Of a DNA stretch of 64,000 nt, positions 34,223 to 45,778 are shown one piece after another; positions within the stretch are counted from its first letter, which is position 1, and the number at the start of each line of letters is the position of its first letter. Location: the NCBI RefSeq assembly GCF_022379125.1, contig NC_061519.1, positions 24,047,101 to 24,111,100 of the forward strand. The letters are read 5' to 3'. Origin of the DNA: Scophthalmus maximus. Its lineage: Eukaryota. Below the pieces are notes generated by a model. The model ran no database searches. It was not told the origin of the DNA and was given only the letters and a program-made list of their open reading frames with translations. The translations under genes and the position numbers were made by a program.

Positions 34223-35141
34223 CATGTCCTCACGTCCACCCTCTCGTTTGTTTCCCACCCTCACTGGCATACAAGTTGTATCACCACACCCAAGGCATGA
34301 AACTGAATTGCAGGAGGAAGGAGAGCGTTCCCTCACCCTGGGTGATTCAGTTTTTCACTTGTCAGATCATAAACCTTCACAAACGTTGATCCGAGTCTCG
34401 TGGCATCTCCCCCCACAAACACTGTGACACCACACCTGATATTAGATGGTACGTCCCCGGGCCTATATTCTCCACATCTATCGGAATAACATGCAAACGA
34501 AATATAGCAATGAGGACTTGACCACCTTGGTTATTGGCTGCATGTGTGAGCAGTTAAACTAAACTATAACTTTTAGAAGCCTGGAAGGATATATAGAAAT
34601 ATTCTGGATTTTATAATAATCCCACTTTTTCTTTCGTGAAATCTAAAAAATCTGCATGCAAATCACTGGAATCAAATTTTTGTCCGAGGCAGCATGAGGC
34701 CAGGGATTGTGGCTCGAAAAAACACCCACTTGGCAACAACGCTCCGACTTAATGAAGGTTAATTTATAGCAGAAACACCCAATTTTAAAACAACAGTAAC
34801 AAAAGCAAAATGTGTTTCATGTCACGGTTAGATACGCAATCGTCTTTGTAAGGTCGGCGTTGGCCCGAGAGACAGATTCAACAGTAATGAAGGAGAAATA
34901 AAAACTCAGGACACAGAGACTTCAAACTGTGTTCATCATCACCAGCTGTCTGGTAAACTTTGGTAGGAGCATTTCTAAGATTTAAAAAATTTGATTTTGT
35001 CCTCCATCCGTACGTGAGATGACTGAATTTCAGCAAGTCAAACTTTTTGTCTACCACTAGTCTCCTAAAGACTAAGGACACAGAATAAACAACACATTGG
35101 ACTTGAGAGACTTCTCCACGTGTCACGTGATCAGAGCTGCA

Positions 35142-35505
35142 ACAGCGAATCGATTGATCGATGAGTAACTCGATTAGTCGACCACTAAATTAATCGCCAA
35201 CTGTGTTGATAATCGATTCATCGGTTCGTTCAAGACGTTTTTATGATACAAAAAGTCAAAATCCTCTGATTTCAGCTACTTGAATGTGAATATTTCCTGG
35301 TTTCTTTGTGCCTTTATGACAGTAAACTGATTATCTTTGGTGTGTGGACAAAGCAAAACATCATCTTGGGGGTTTGGGGAAACATGATCAACATTTTTCA
35401 CCATTTTATGACATTTTACGGACCAAACAACTGATCAATTAATGGAGAAAAAAAAATATACAGATTAATCGATAATGAAAATAATTAGTTAGTTGCATCC
35501 CTACG
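35142..35505. mobile_element. MITE family B copy 1 (termini CAGAGCTGCAAC ... GTTGCA.CCCTA)
   Basis: cagagctgcaacagcgaatcgattgatcg ... taattagttagttgcatccctacg. Internal repeated aatcgattaatcg motifs. Confidence 0.55.
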
Positions 35506-35591
35506 TGAGATGTGTTTAAGAAAGCAAAGAAACAAACAAAAAAAAAACGTGCCAATCCTCTGCTGGTCTGTATTTGAACGTGTAAATGATC

Positions 35592-35770
35592 TTAAAGGGG
35601 CAGTCAGCGATTCTGAAGCGATACACGTTTTGTAAAAAAAATCAGCAAATATTTTCTCACCGTTCGTTAGCTGTCGCTGTTGTGTGTGCGCCAGAAATAA
35701 ATCGGGGGTTTTATGGCGGCAGCCCAGGCTCCGTAAAACAAAAAAAAATAGTGCTCACTGCCCCTTTAAC
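35592..35770. mobile_element. MITE family A copy 2
   Basis: cttaaaggggcagtcagcgatt ... gctcactgcccctttaac, in nfatc4 intron 1. Confidence 0.6.
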
Positions 35771-38349
35771 AGGAAAGACTGAAGAATAGATGAAATTAGC
35801 TATTAATACACAATATTTCTTTTTCCTGATTGTTGAGCTTGTGAATCATCTCACCACAGCTCATCAGATTTATCCCTCGAGCACTCGAGGGGTCCTGACC
35901 TCCAGGTCAATCTGCTTCCATCACTGCAATCAACATCTGCATTTTTACTTATTCAGAAAGAAAACACAAACATCTGAAAATCATTTGGCAAGGTTTTATA
36001 AAAACTTGATGGATTTCACCGTGATGCATCTCAACTTGTAAACACACAATCTTCTGTGTAAAATTGTACGTTTCCGTCACTGTTTAGTTTTGAATCTTTG
36101 ACAAATGACGCAAACTTAGTTTTTTGTTTTTATCTTTTCTTGCGACGTGTGGCTTCTTACACCTCCTGCATAATGTTCAAACTATTTGTTTGTATTAATA
36201 ATACTGTATATACGTGCAAACGTAACTACAACAGAAAAAGTCAGCAACTTCTAATTATCGCTCGTTCGACGAATGTCAAGATGAGGCGTCCCACTACTGT
36301 ATGATTAATCGTAGCCAGCAGCAGAATTAAAAGCTGCTTCGAAGCTGAAGATCATTTCTTTTTTTTTACCGACCGGTTTTTATGACATGGACACACTCCT
36401 CAATTTCATTATAGAACCCTGTAGTGTCATATGGGGATGTAGATAATCAGATTATGCCCATTTCAAAATGCCTCAGATTCATTTTTCCTCCCTCCGTGGG
36501 GGTTGGCAACCATTGACTGGAACATCTCTCTCTCTCTTGTTCTGATTTTTTTGAGGTTCAACTCAGGACACACAATAAAATATTACCGTGCACTCGATTT
36601 GTTCGACTTTAGATGAGATTTTATTGTGCTCAGCGAGTGTTTAGGTAACTTGTCTTGGCTCCAACCCCGCTGGTCGGTGTACACACTGGTCTAAAATCTT
36701 GGTTTTTCGAGTGAAAAGCCGTCCACCAGCGGAGGAGTGGCCTCGGCGCTGCAGCTTTAATCACTTGGAAATATTCTTTGTTGCCAGGAAACATTTGAAG
36801 AGGGTTTTTTTTTCACAACCAACTCTTAATTTGCTGGCAGTTGCTATTGTGTGTCCGCGTTGCCCCAAATTTTTTTTGCCGGCATGGGCCTGCCGCCATG
36901 CGCTGCAGCGCAACAATGACCAATTTGGAGCCTCGCTCATTACAGGGTAAACTACCGTTTGGCTCCGTGTGGAGGCCGACCGCACGACGCTGGGGAAGTG
37001 TTGTGGCGAGGACGCTGGTTTCCAGCGGTTGTGGTTATTTGGTTGTTTGCAATCCATGAACTTTTTGTTGAGAAAGTTGAAAGGGAACCTAGAGAAGCCC
37101 CCAAATCATCTTCATCACTGTCCAGTGAAGAGCAGCAGGGGTTGGCTTTGCGAGATTTGACACAGATGTAAACTTCATGATTTGGTTAGGATTGAAATTT
37201 TTGAAGTGATTTGGCACATTTACTTTGATGTGAGTCAAGGTTTTTATACATCAGAATGAACTCTTTGAGATCATACGAAGCACAAAAGCTCCCCCTTAAT
37301 AAGAATGTAAGGTTTGTCCTCTCTGGGCTCCGGTAGAAACATTGAGGTGCGACTTGGCGTCTGTACATACAATGTTCATGTACACGGCTCGTTCTGAGGC
37401 GATAAGAACAAAAGTATACTTAGTTTCAGGTGATAATAAACTGATGAAAATATTTTTATGAATATGACATTTGATATCTGTCCATAGATCCCACTAAATC
37501 CTTCACACTGGTCCTTTAATATCCATATCATTCAAAATATGGCATCATAACCTAATGTTATTTATTCAACATTTTTGTTGTTTGTAATAATCAAATGAGA
37601 AATGCAGTGTGAATTTGTAGTGGTGCTGTTAGGCAGACTTTATAACCTTTTGACAGAAGGCTAACGGTTTCCCCCGTTTCCAGCCTTTGTGCTAAGCTAA
37701 GCTAACCGGCTTCTGGCTCTGGCGTCATATTCACATTAAAGTGACAACAATGAAACACTTCCTGCTTTTTTCCACTTGGTAACAATTACTGACTATAAAA
37801 AAGTCAGACTATAAAGTAAAATGAATGTGTAGATTACGCAAAAATGTAGCTTTACTTTCCACAAATTTGTGTTTACAATATTTTTTGATTGATATCTAAG
37901 GAGTCTTTTTGAAAGTGCCACATATAAAAGAACAAAGAACAGCCGGTTTTCCAGGACTAACTGTCATCGCATGGTTGTGGAAAAAGATCAGTGCGAGGTC
38001 ACATGACCCCCAGAACCCACAACATGTGATATGAAATGAAGGGTGTTTGAAGAAGGAAAATTTGAGGGGTTTTTTTTCTTCTCTTACGGTAAAGCAGCCA
38101 GAAAATAAATAGCTGCCTTGTGGAAGTAAAGGTGAATATTAGGGTATTACAATTTACACTTTTTGTTAGCGGCCTTTGAATATTTATTTATTTATAATTT
38201 TTTGTGAATTACACCAAGATCTGTCCACAGATATTATACAAATCAGAAACTGCCCTCCAGTATATTCAGTCTGCTCTCTGAACCTGAACTGTTCCCTCTC
38301 TTCATTTTCTAAATCATATATATATATAAACATATATATATATATGTAT

Positions 38350-38377
38350 ACACACACACACACACACACACACACAG
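38350..38377. repeat. (CA)14 microsatellite, about 65 bp before nfatc4 exon 2
   Basis: read directly. Confidence 0.9.
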
Positions 38378-38442
38378 CCAGTGTTGGTGTTGTCCATGTT
38401 TCCTCAAATTCAACTGTCGTTTTCTTTGTTCATTATTTTCAG

Positions 38443-38609
38443 TAACAGACAACCACTCGGCTTCCTCTCATGCAGTTCACCCAATCTGCATCCCCAGCCC
38501 GCCTCCCTCGGCCAGTCAGCGGGCCGGGATGCATTCCCCGCCTCCGAGAAGGGCCCAGGTCAGGGAGTTCAGCGGGACCTACGAGAGCCTGCCAGCGCGC
38601 TCTGTGCAG
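38443..38609 (+). CDS. nfatc4: nfatc4 coding exon 2
   Basis: Acceptor tcgttttctttgttcattattttcag|; translation TDNHSASSHAVHPICIPSPPPSASQRAGMHSPPPRRAQVREFSGTYESLPARSVQ; human has IGIPRPPPPRPGMHSPPPRPAPSPGTWESQPARSVR; donor CAG|GTGAGA. Confidence 0.8.
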
Positions 38610-39203
38610 GTGAGACAACCTGTTCACACACCCTGTTATACTCAAACTGTTTGAACGTAAAACCACTTTATAGTTTTGCTTGAAATGTGCAGCTGTTCAG
38701 TGGCTTCATCATGCAGCAGCAGTTCCTGTTCCCAGTCGCATTAATTCATGATCATAATTTAAATGATTTAAAGTATTGAGGCAGCTAAATGCCGGCTGAT
38801 AGAATGTCCCTTTTACTTTTTGTTTAGACCACTGACAATGAACTGTGACAGATCTGCAACTATTGATGTCTTTCGTTTGCCGTTCGTTGGTTTCTTTAGT
38901 CTATGTTAGAAAACAGTAAATCATGTCTTGCACAATGTTCAAGAGCCCGAGGTGACGTTTAATGCCTTTTTTTTTCCAAACGACCGTCCAAATCCAAAAG
39001 GTTCAAGTAATGAAATACAGGAAAGAAGTAAAATCCTTAATCCGAGAAGCTGGGAAAAAAGCTGAAATATTTAGCATTTTGGCTTGATGGATAATTTGGA
39101 CAATTATGTGATGATTAAATCTTTTGTCATTTCCTGTCTTTTGATTGAGAGACGACACTAGGAGAATAAAGTATTCCCTCCCTCGCTCTGATCTTCCGTT
39201 CAG

Positions 39204-39719
39204 GTTTCAGAGTCTCGTGTGGTCGAGTGTCCAAGCATCCAGATAACCACCATCTCCCCGGAAGACGACGCAGCACCCACCATTTCCAGCTACTGGGACA
39301 TGGGTGGCGGCGGCGGTGGGTGGGACCGAGAACGCCTCTACCTCCCCCTGCTGGACCCCTTTTCCTACCGTGAAAGATGCCCGGGCTCCCTCAGCCCCAG
39401 CCCCGCCTCCAGCCCCTCCTCCCGCGGCTGGCTCAGCCCCGCCTCCAGCTGCGACTCCCTGCTGGTCGAGGAGGACGAGCTCAACGAGGCCGCCATCAAT
39501 TTGGGGCTCTCGCCGTCGTCAAGGCCCACTTCCCCCGGGGGTAAAAAGCGCAGAAACTCCCCTCTGGCCTCCCCCTGCACCTCGCGGAGGGGCAGTTACT
39601 CAGAGGAACTGCAGGGTTACAACCTGGAGGGCGGAGACTCCAACCCTCAGTCGCAAGCTCCGCCCGGCAGCTGTGAGCTCAGCATCCCGCAGAAAACCAG
39701 GAAGACGTCATTGGAGCAG
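39204..39719 (+). CDS. nfatc4: nfatc4 coding exon 3 (regulatory domain: PxIxIT site, SP repeats, NLS)
   Basis: Translation VSESRVVECPSIQITTISPEDDAAPTISSYWDMGGGGGGWDRERLYLPLLDPFSYRERCPGSLSPSPASSPSSRGWLSPASSCDSLLVEEDELNEAAINLGLSPSSRPTSPGGKKRRNSPLASPCTSRRGSYSEELQGYNLEGGDSNPQSQAPPGSCELSIPQKTRKTSLEQ; donor CAG|GTAAAG. Confidence 0.88.
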
Positions 39720-39793
39720 GTAAAGACGCCCGTTTGGTTTTTGTGGCGAAGTATGTCAATTGCGGCGGTGAACGTCACTGTTTTGTCGTCCAG

Positions 39794-39969
39794 CTGTCGT
39801 CCAGGGAGGTGGATCAGGAGCAGGCTCCGGGCCACAGCTCCCCCTGCCCGCCGCCAGAGAGCCAGCAGACCAGGAGAGAGCCCCCTCCGCTGGGCATGGA
39901 CTACCTCTCTGTGCCCCCTGCCCTGGCCTGGGGCCGGACCCGGGCCAGTGCCCACAGCCCTCTGTTCAG
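39794..39969 (+). CDS. nfatc4: nfatc4 coding exon 4 (follows a 74-nt intron)
   Basis: Translation LSSREVDQEQAPGHSSPCPPPESQQTRREPPPLGMDYLSVPPALAWGRTRASAHSPLF; human has MDYLAVPSPLAWSKARIGGHSPIFR; donor AG|GTGAGG. Confidence 0.85.
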
Positions 39970-40235
39970 GTGAGGACACGCGTAGGCAACATCTACTCTA
40001 CTGGTACGACAAAGATTTATATTCATTCAACCAAATGATAAGACAGATTTCAAAAGCTGATCCTTTCACTGACAGCGTGCTGTGTCACGCACCTGTCATG
40101 TTTGCATGTGTAAATTACATGTAAATCTCATTTATTCCTCCACGAAATAGTTATTCACATGCGTCTGCTGTGCCTCTCAGCACTCACCGAGTAAAAAAAA
40201 AACCCTCGGTCTAATAATTGTCCAACCCGACGCAG

Positions 40236-40398
40236 GTCCAACGCGCTGCCGCCACTCGACTGGCCGCTGCCGTCCCAGTTCGACCAGTACGAGCTGCGCA
40301 TCGACGTGCAGCCGCGCCCACACCACAGAGCCCACTACGAGACCGAGGGCAGCAGAGGAGCCGTCAAGGCTGCGCCGGCGGGACATCCTGTCGTCAAG
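40236..40398 (+). CDS. nfatc4: nfatc4 coding exon 5 (start of the Rel homology region)
   Basis: Translation [55 protein letters not shown]; donor AAG|GTGAAG. Confidence 0.92.
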
Positions 40399-40589
40399 GT
40401 GAAGCGCAAACCTTGCAGTAACACACGGGACAGAGAAACAAAATTACATTCACTTTAATTTCAAATCAAGCTTACTTATAAATAATTCTGGAACCAAAAG
40501 TCTTCACACGGAGGTTGCGGCTCACTGCTGTTGACCTCCTCATGCCGGTCGGATCTTAAACCTCTGACACTGAGTCTCTCTCCTCACAG

Positions 40590-40690
40590 CTGTGTGGATA
40601 CACGGAGAGGAAACCGCTCTCTCTGCAGGTTTTCGTTGGAACAGCTGACGACAGATCCATCCGGCCGCATCCTTTCTATCAGATACACAG
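40590..40690 (+). CDS. nfatc4: nfatc4 coding exon 6
   Basis: Translation [33 protein letters not shown]; donor AG|GTACTG. Confidence 0.9.
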
Positions 40691-41099
40691 GTACTGAATC
40701 GCTTTTCAGCAAGTCAAACTTCTTTCCGAGTGTCCCTCTGTCGAGACACAACATAGTGTATATCAACGGGACGCATCGTGTGATCACTGTGGCTGCATCT
40801 ACCACCAGCTGCTTTTTGTGCTGTTTGAGTTGGATGCTTTTTTTGCAGCAGTCATTGTCAGTGTCAGAAGAAAAGCATCAAGAGTTTGTTAGATTCTTCT
40901 TCTCATCTTGTATCTTGGGGCATCTGTGAGATATTCTGTGAGCATCAACAGGATGTAATTAGTTTGTATTTGAAAATATTCAACGGATCTGGACAGTTCC
41001 GTTTCCAATGTGGATGTAATTTGGCTTTGGAGGAATTTGGATGTCTCTTTACTGGATTCAATCAAATGTAGCAACAATAAATAAAATAGCAGAATAGCA

Positions 41100-41170
41100 G
41101 TGCATATCACCCGGGCGCGAACATGGTCACCTTGAGCAGCAGGCCCTGGTTCGACTCCCGAGTGGTTGGA
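41100..41170. repeat. tRNA-derived SINE-like fragment
   Basis: gcaggccctggttcgactcccgagtggttgg contains a B-box GGTTCGAnTCC. Confidence 0.35.
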
Positions 41171-41275
41171 CCCTTAACCGCGTGTCTCTCACCTTGTTTC
41201 CTGTCTCTCCTTCAAAATTTCACAATACACATACATAAGTTTAAGGGCTGCAGCTATTGATTAAGTTAAAGGGGC

Positions 41276-41663
41276 AGTAAGCGATTTTTAATCCTGATAC
41301 ACTTCTGGTAAAATTCAGCAAATATTTCCTTGCGGTCAACTAGCTGTCCGTTCTGTGTGTGCGCTGAAAAAAGATCCATGTTTTTTCGGCTCAGTCCTGG
41401 CTCTGTAAATCGAAAACAAAAGAAATGGGCACAGTTTGTAAATATCACTTGCACCACGCCTTAAGGGACTAGCTGGTGCTAGAGACAACCTTTCTCCAAA
41501 ATAGCTCACTGCCCCTTTAAGAGACGTGCTGGCGTCAACCGCTACGGTTTTAGCGTGTCCGAGTCCCATACCCAAGGTCGCGGGTTTGAACCCCAATCAC
41601 TGCGTTCAGAAAATCAACATTGAACAATCTTTCTCCAAAATAGCTTAATGCCCCTTTGATTAA
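41276..41663. mobile_element. MITE family A copy 3: a duplicated 3' terminus enclosing a tRNA-like module (41521-41625)
   Basis: ttaaaggggcagtaagcgatt ... ctttctccaaaatagctcactgcccctttaa, then ggtcgcgggtttgaacccc (B-box-like), then a second ctttctccaaaatagcttaatgcccctttga. Confidence 0.5.
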
Positions 41664-41909
41664 AGATTAATCTATCAGTTATTTTTTATCTATAAAATAT
41701 GTGGGGGGAAAAAAGGCCATCACACTTCCCAGACCCCAAAGAGACAAGTTTGTTTTGTTGTAAAACCAGCAGCTACAGTCGAGGGGCTTTAACCATCACA
41801 TGATCACCGGCCTCGACCATCTCAGGGCTGCGATTCGTGGATTTAAAAACAACAACCATCAACCTGTAACTGGAGGCGTGTGACGTTTAGCCTGTTTCTG
41901 TCCCGGCAG

Positions 41910-42011
41910 GGTGACGGGGAAGATGGTGGGCACTGCCAGTCATGAGAGCGTTCAGGCCGGGACCAAGCTGCTGGACATCCCCCTCAACCCAGAGAACAAC
42001 ATGACTGCACT
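41910..42011 (+). CDS. nfatc4: nfatc4 coding exon 7
   Basis: Translation [34 protein letters not shown]; donor CT|GTGAGT. Confidence 0.9.
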
Positions 42012-42871
42012 GTGAGTAAATGTTTCCTCCACATGCCCACAAATTAAGTTCTTCTCTTTTTTATAATCCAATTTCCAAAGCAATTTTTTAAGGCCAGTAC
42101 AGCACACTATATGTTTGAGGCTAATTATTCAGATTCCTTTTTACTGGGCCAGTGTGGCTTAACGTCAACCGCTTAGCCATGGTGGAAAGTACAATTTTGC
42201 ATTTTCTGCAACTTTATACTTGTACTCCACCTCATTTTAAGCGAAAACATTATGTTTTTTAACCCCACAATGTTTTATTTGACATGTTGAGCCCTTTGTA
42301 GATTAAGACTCTAATATTTGGATTTTGTAAGATTTTTCATAAAAAGAACAGATGTTATATATGTATTAAGACCGTAAGATTGTTTGACATTAATTAACAC
42401 AATGTGGTTTGTTAGCTGCTCAAGTAAAGAATGGTTTTCTCTCTAAATTTCCCAGATTTCTTTTGTTTAAAATAATTGCAATTATTAAAAATTTTATATC
42501 AGGGAAAAAAATCCAAAATATGAATATACATTTATGTATCAGCACCATTCTTTCTCCTTCTGTCCTTCTTATCTCTCCCATTAATCATCTCATGACCCCT
42601 CAGATTTATGCTGTGACCCTTGGAGGGGCCCAATCGGCCAAACTGCTCACACACTGATCACGCATCGATGTTAACCATCAAATAATGTCAGATATAATAA
42701 TATATGACATTTTATCTCACAACAATTCCTTGACAGTTCAAGTTGAAAAATAAAACTGAGTAGTGTTTTCTTCCACCGCTCCTGCCGATAACCAGCGTGC
42801 AAAGTACCAAACCTCGACCGAGCGGCGGAGCCTTCCCTGGATAAATGTAAATGTAAACTCTTCTGTCGTAG

Positions 42872-43059
42872 CATCGACTGCGCCGGGATCCTGAAGCTGA
42901 GGAACTCGGACATCGAGCTGAGAAAAGGGGAAACGGACGTCGGCAGGAAGAACACGCGCGTTCGCTTGGTGTTTCGTACCCACCTCCCTCTGGCGCCCCC
43001 TGTGGCGCCGCCTGGCCGGGTCCTGGCTCTGCAGGCTGCCTCGCTGCCCATCGAATGCT
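42872..43059 (+). CDS. nfatc4: nfatc4 coding exon 8
   Basis: Translation [63 protein letters not shown]; donor T|GTGAGT. Confidence 0.92.
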
Positions 43060-43597
43060 GTGAGTCGATGGTCACATGTTCGTTTTTCAACTTTCGTACA
43101 ATCTTGACATTTTTATACATTGTTAGAAAGCTTTCCTGATTCTGTCTGTGTAAAACATTTTAGGATTCTCATGTCACTGCATTCACCGTTGATACAGAAT
43201 TGGTTATGGCTGCAGAAAGTTTTCCACAGGAGAGACACTATTGGAGGCCTCATATTCCAATTTTTATACGAAAAAAATGTCTTCAATATTCTTTTTCCAT
43301 GTTTTTATGCCCCTGAAAACTTGGTTCAGTATCTCATATACTCATTCTGACTTTTTGGTTGTACATTTTAAGTGTTGATTTTCAAAGCAACACCAGAGAT
43401 GTGACTGACCTCTAAATGTTTGAAGAACAGCAACCTCTTTTATTTTGGCTACATTTTTTTTCAGTCGAGGGGAGCAACAAAACAAATAGTCGAGCAATTG
43501 TTTCCGTTCTACTGCAAACAGGCTGTAGATTATGATGATATTTACCGGTACTGAAGATGTTTAATTTGCCAGATTCTTTTCTCCCTCCCTCCCTCAG

Positions 43598-43738
43598 CCC
43601 AGCGTTCGGCCCAGGAGCTGCCCGTCATCGAGTCCGTCAGTCTCACTTCCTGCTGTGTGGAGGGCGGAGAGGAACTTCTGCTGAGTGGCACCAACTTCCT
43701 GCCGATCTCCAGGGTTCTTTTCATGGAGAGGGGGACAG
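43598..43738 (+). CDS. nfatc4: nfatc4 coding exon 9
   Basis: Translation SQRSAQELPVIESVSLTSCCVEGGEELLLSGTNFLPISRVLFMERGT; donor G|GTAAAT. A one-base indexing discrepancy in this interval between my reading and the ORF track means the start may be 43597. Confidence 0.85.
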
Positions 43739-44114
43739 GTAAATGTCCGCAGGGGGGGACGCGTGAACAACTTCCGATGCTGCTCTTAATTGAAGGTAGC
43801 CAGTATTTAGATGAGGACAATAATGTGGTTGTGAATGTGGAATTTCTAAAGCGATAAATACGATTAGAGTTCAGAAACTGTCTTAACAAGCATTTAAATT
43901 AATTTCAGTAAGGGAGAAAAAGTAAGTAATTCAAGAAGCAAAGTCATTCAATGAAAAAAAACAACAGGATGAATAATAGTTGTTCTATTTATTATCTTTG
44001 AATAGACGAGTAGTGTAGTTTGGGATCAATAGTGTCTGCATCAGATTTTTTAAATAAATACACGACGTGGGAAAATGTTTAAACTGTGTGTGTGACATAT
44101 TCTGGAACTATGTT

Positions 44115-44210
44115 TAACTCATTCAAAGTTGACGAAAAACATTGGTTCTTTGTTGCCAGGTGATTATACATATATGAACACATGGTTATGGACAATATGT
44201 TCAATTTTCC
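44115..44210. mobile_element. MITE family C copy 2 (3' end diverged)
   Basis: taactcattcaaagttgacgaaaaacattggttctttgttgccaggtgattatacatatatgaacac. Confidence 0.45.
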
Positions 44211-44535
44211 CACTGTAGCTCTAAACAAATATTGAAGTTTCAGGAACGGGAAGAGGAGTGAGTTTTACAAACAATATTTAATCTGGTAGATAATAGTCAT
44301 GTTGGAAAAATAAAAAACCTCCTACGTACTGTATATTTGCAGTCAAAAATCAGAAGCCTCATTTCCTAGGCCTCCAGTTTAAAAAAATGATGAATTGAGG
44401 TTAAGATTTGAATCATTTGTCAGAGGAAACTGATTTAAAAGCAAAAGCAACCGAAGCTTTGACGTCAGACATTAACTGTGATCTAGTGAGAGCAAGTAAA
44501 TGATATTCATTAGACGGACTGTGGGTTTGTTTAAG

Positions 44536-44568
44536 TGTGTGTGTGTACGTGTGTGTACGTGTTTGTTT

Positions 44569-44600
<32 letters not shown>
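44536..44600. repeat. (GT)n microsatellite (interrupted)
   Basis: read directly. Confidence 0.9.
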
Positions 44601-44601
<1 letters not shown>

Positions 44602-44651
44602 AGCGTGCATCTGGTTTACACTTTATTCTACCGTATGTTCTTATCTATCAG

Positions 44652-44707
44652 ATGGTAAATTGCAGTGGGAGGAGGAGGCTCATGTCGACCGTGACAACAG
44701 CAACGAG
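44652..44707 (+). CDS. nfatc4: nfatc4 coding exon 10
   Basis: Translation DGKLQWEEEAHVDRDNSNE; human has DGKLQWEEEATVNRLQSNE. Confidence 0.9.
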
Positions 44708-44876
44708 GTAAATTCGTGTAATGTGTAAAAAAAAAAAAGAAGAAGAAAACTACAGAACTTTTTAAGCTCCAGTTTGAAATGAACAGATGGAGCTAAAAGC
44801 TTCTGATGAACGTGTTTCCGGTCGTGCCCTGTGTCGTGTCCACACCCTCTTTTCTTTTCTTTTTTTTACCTCGTAG

Positions 44877-45003
44877 TGTTTGTTGTGCGTGAGAGTTCCC
44901 GCCTACAGCGACCTGTCCGTCAGTCGGCCCGTGTCGGTCAGCCTGTACGTCTCCAACGGGAAGAGGAAGAGAAGCAGCACTCACTGCTTCAAGTATCTGC
45001 CCA
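44877..45003 (+). CDS. nfatc4: nfatc4 coding exon 11
   Basis: Translation CLLCVRVPAYSDLSVSRPVSVSLYVSNGKRKRSSTHCFKYLP; donor A|GTGAGT. Confidence 0.9.
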
Positions 45004-45778
45004 GTGAGTTTCCTCCCTTCTCACCTGATTCTGCTCGCAGCTCATGTGTCATGGTGGATTTCAGATTTGGGAGACAAAGTCGAAAGGTTGATTTTCCTCC
45101 TGTGGTGACAGAACCATCTCTGACCTTTAGACACCTGAACAGTATGATTTTTTTATGTACATTCACAGGAATTAGTGATGAATTTACTCACGTATTGACA
45201 TGTAACATCAAATATATTGTTATGTAAATACAATACATTATAACATGCATATTTATTTATTTATTTTAGAATATACCGTTTTTTAAGTTTATTTCTTATA
45301 ATTGCACTTCCTGAACTGTACCTCAATATTTTCTGGGTACCGTTGCAATTGTTCAAAGCATCCAAACGTGAAATGTGAAACTTGGACAGATGTGATGATC
45401 ACTGTGTTCAATATTAATTTGATTTAATCGTAATTGTAGAGCATATTTTGTCAAACTAAAAAATGGTACATGTTCATATTCCCAAAACGAAGGTATTAAC
45501 AAAAAGTAAGCACGTTATGAGGAATCATATTTGCAGTCATGTTAAGAAACTAAAACAAATGACAGCCTTAATTCTGTGAGGAAATATTTTCTCATTTTCA
45601 TTAGATTCATAGAAATGTTTCGAAATCTGTTCCTCTCTGGAATATCTCAATCCAACATTTATTTACAGAATACTCGGCTTACTCTTTTTTTTTTATTAAT
45701 GAGAAAAAATATATAAACAATATTAAATTTTACTAAAACTCAATGTAAACACATATTGTTTTCTGTTTTTCCCCGGAG

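Noticed and set aside
41521-41625. Possible tRNA gene (ggtcgcgggtttgaacccc T-arm-like sequence)
   Set aside because: I can find no convincing acceptor stem, D-arm or A-box. It is embedded between duplicated MITE termini. It is more likely a SINE/tRNA-derived module than a functional tRNA gene.
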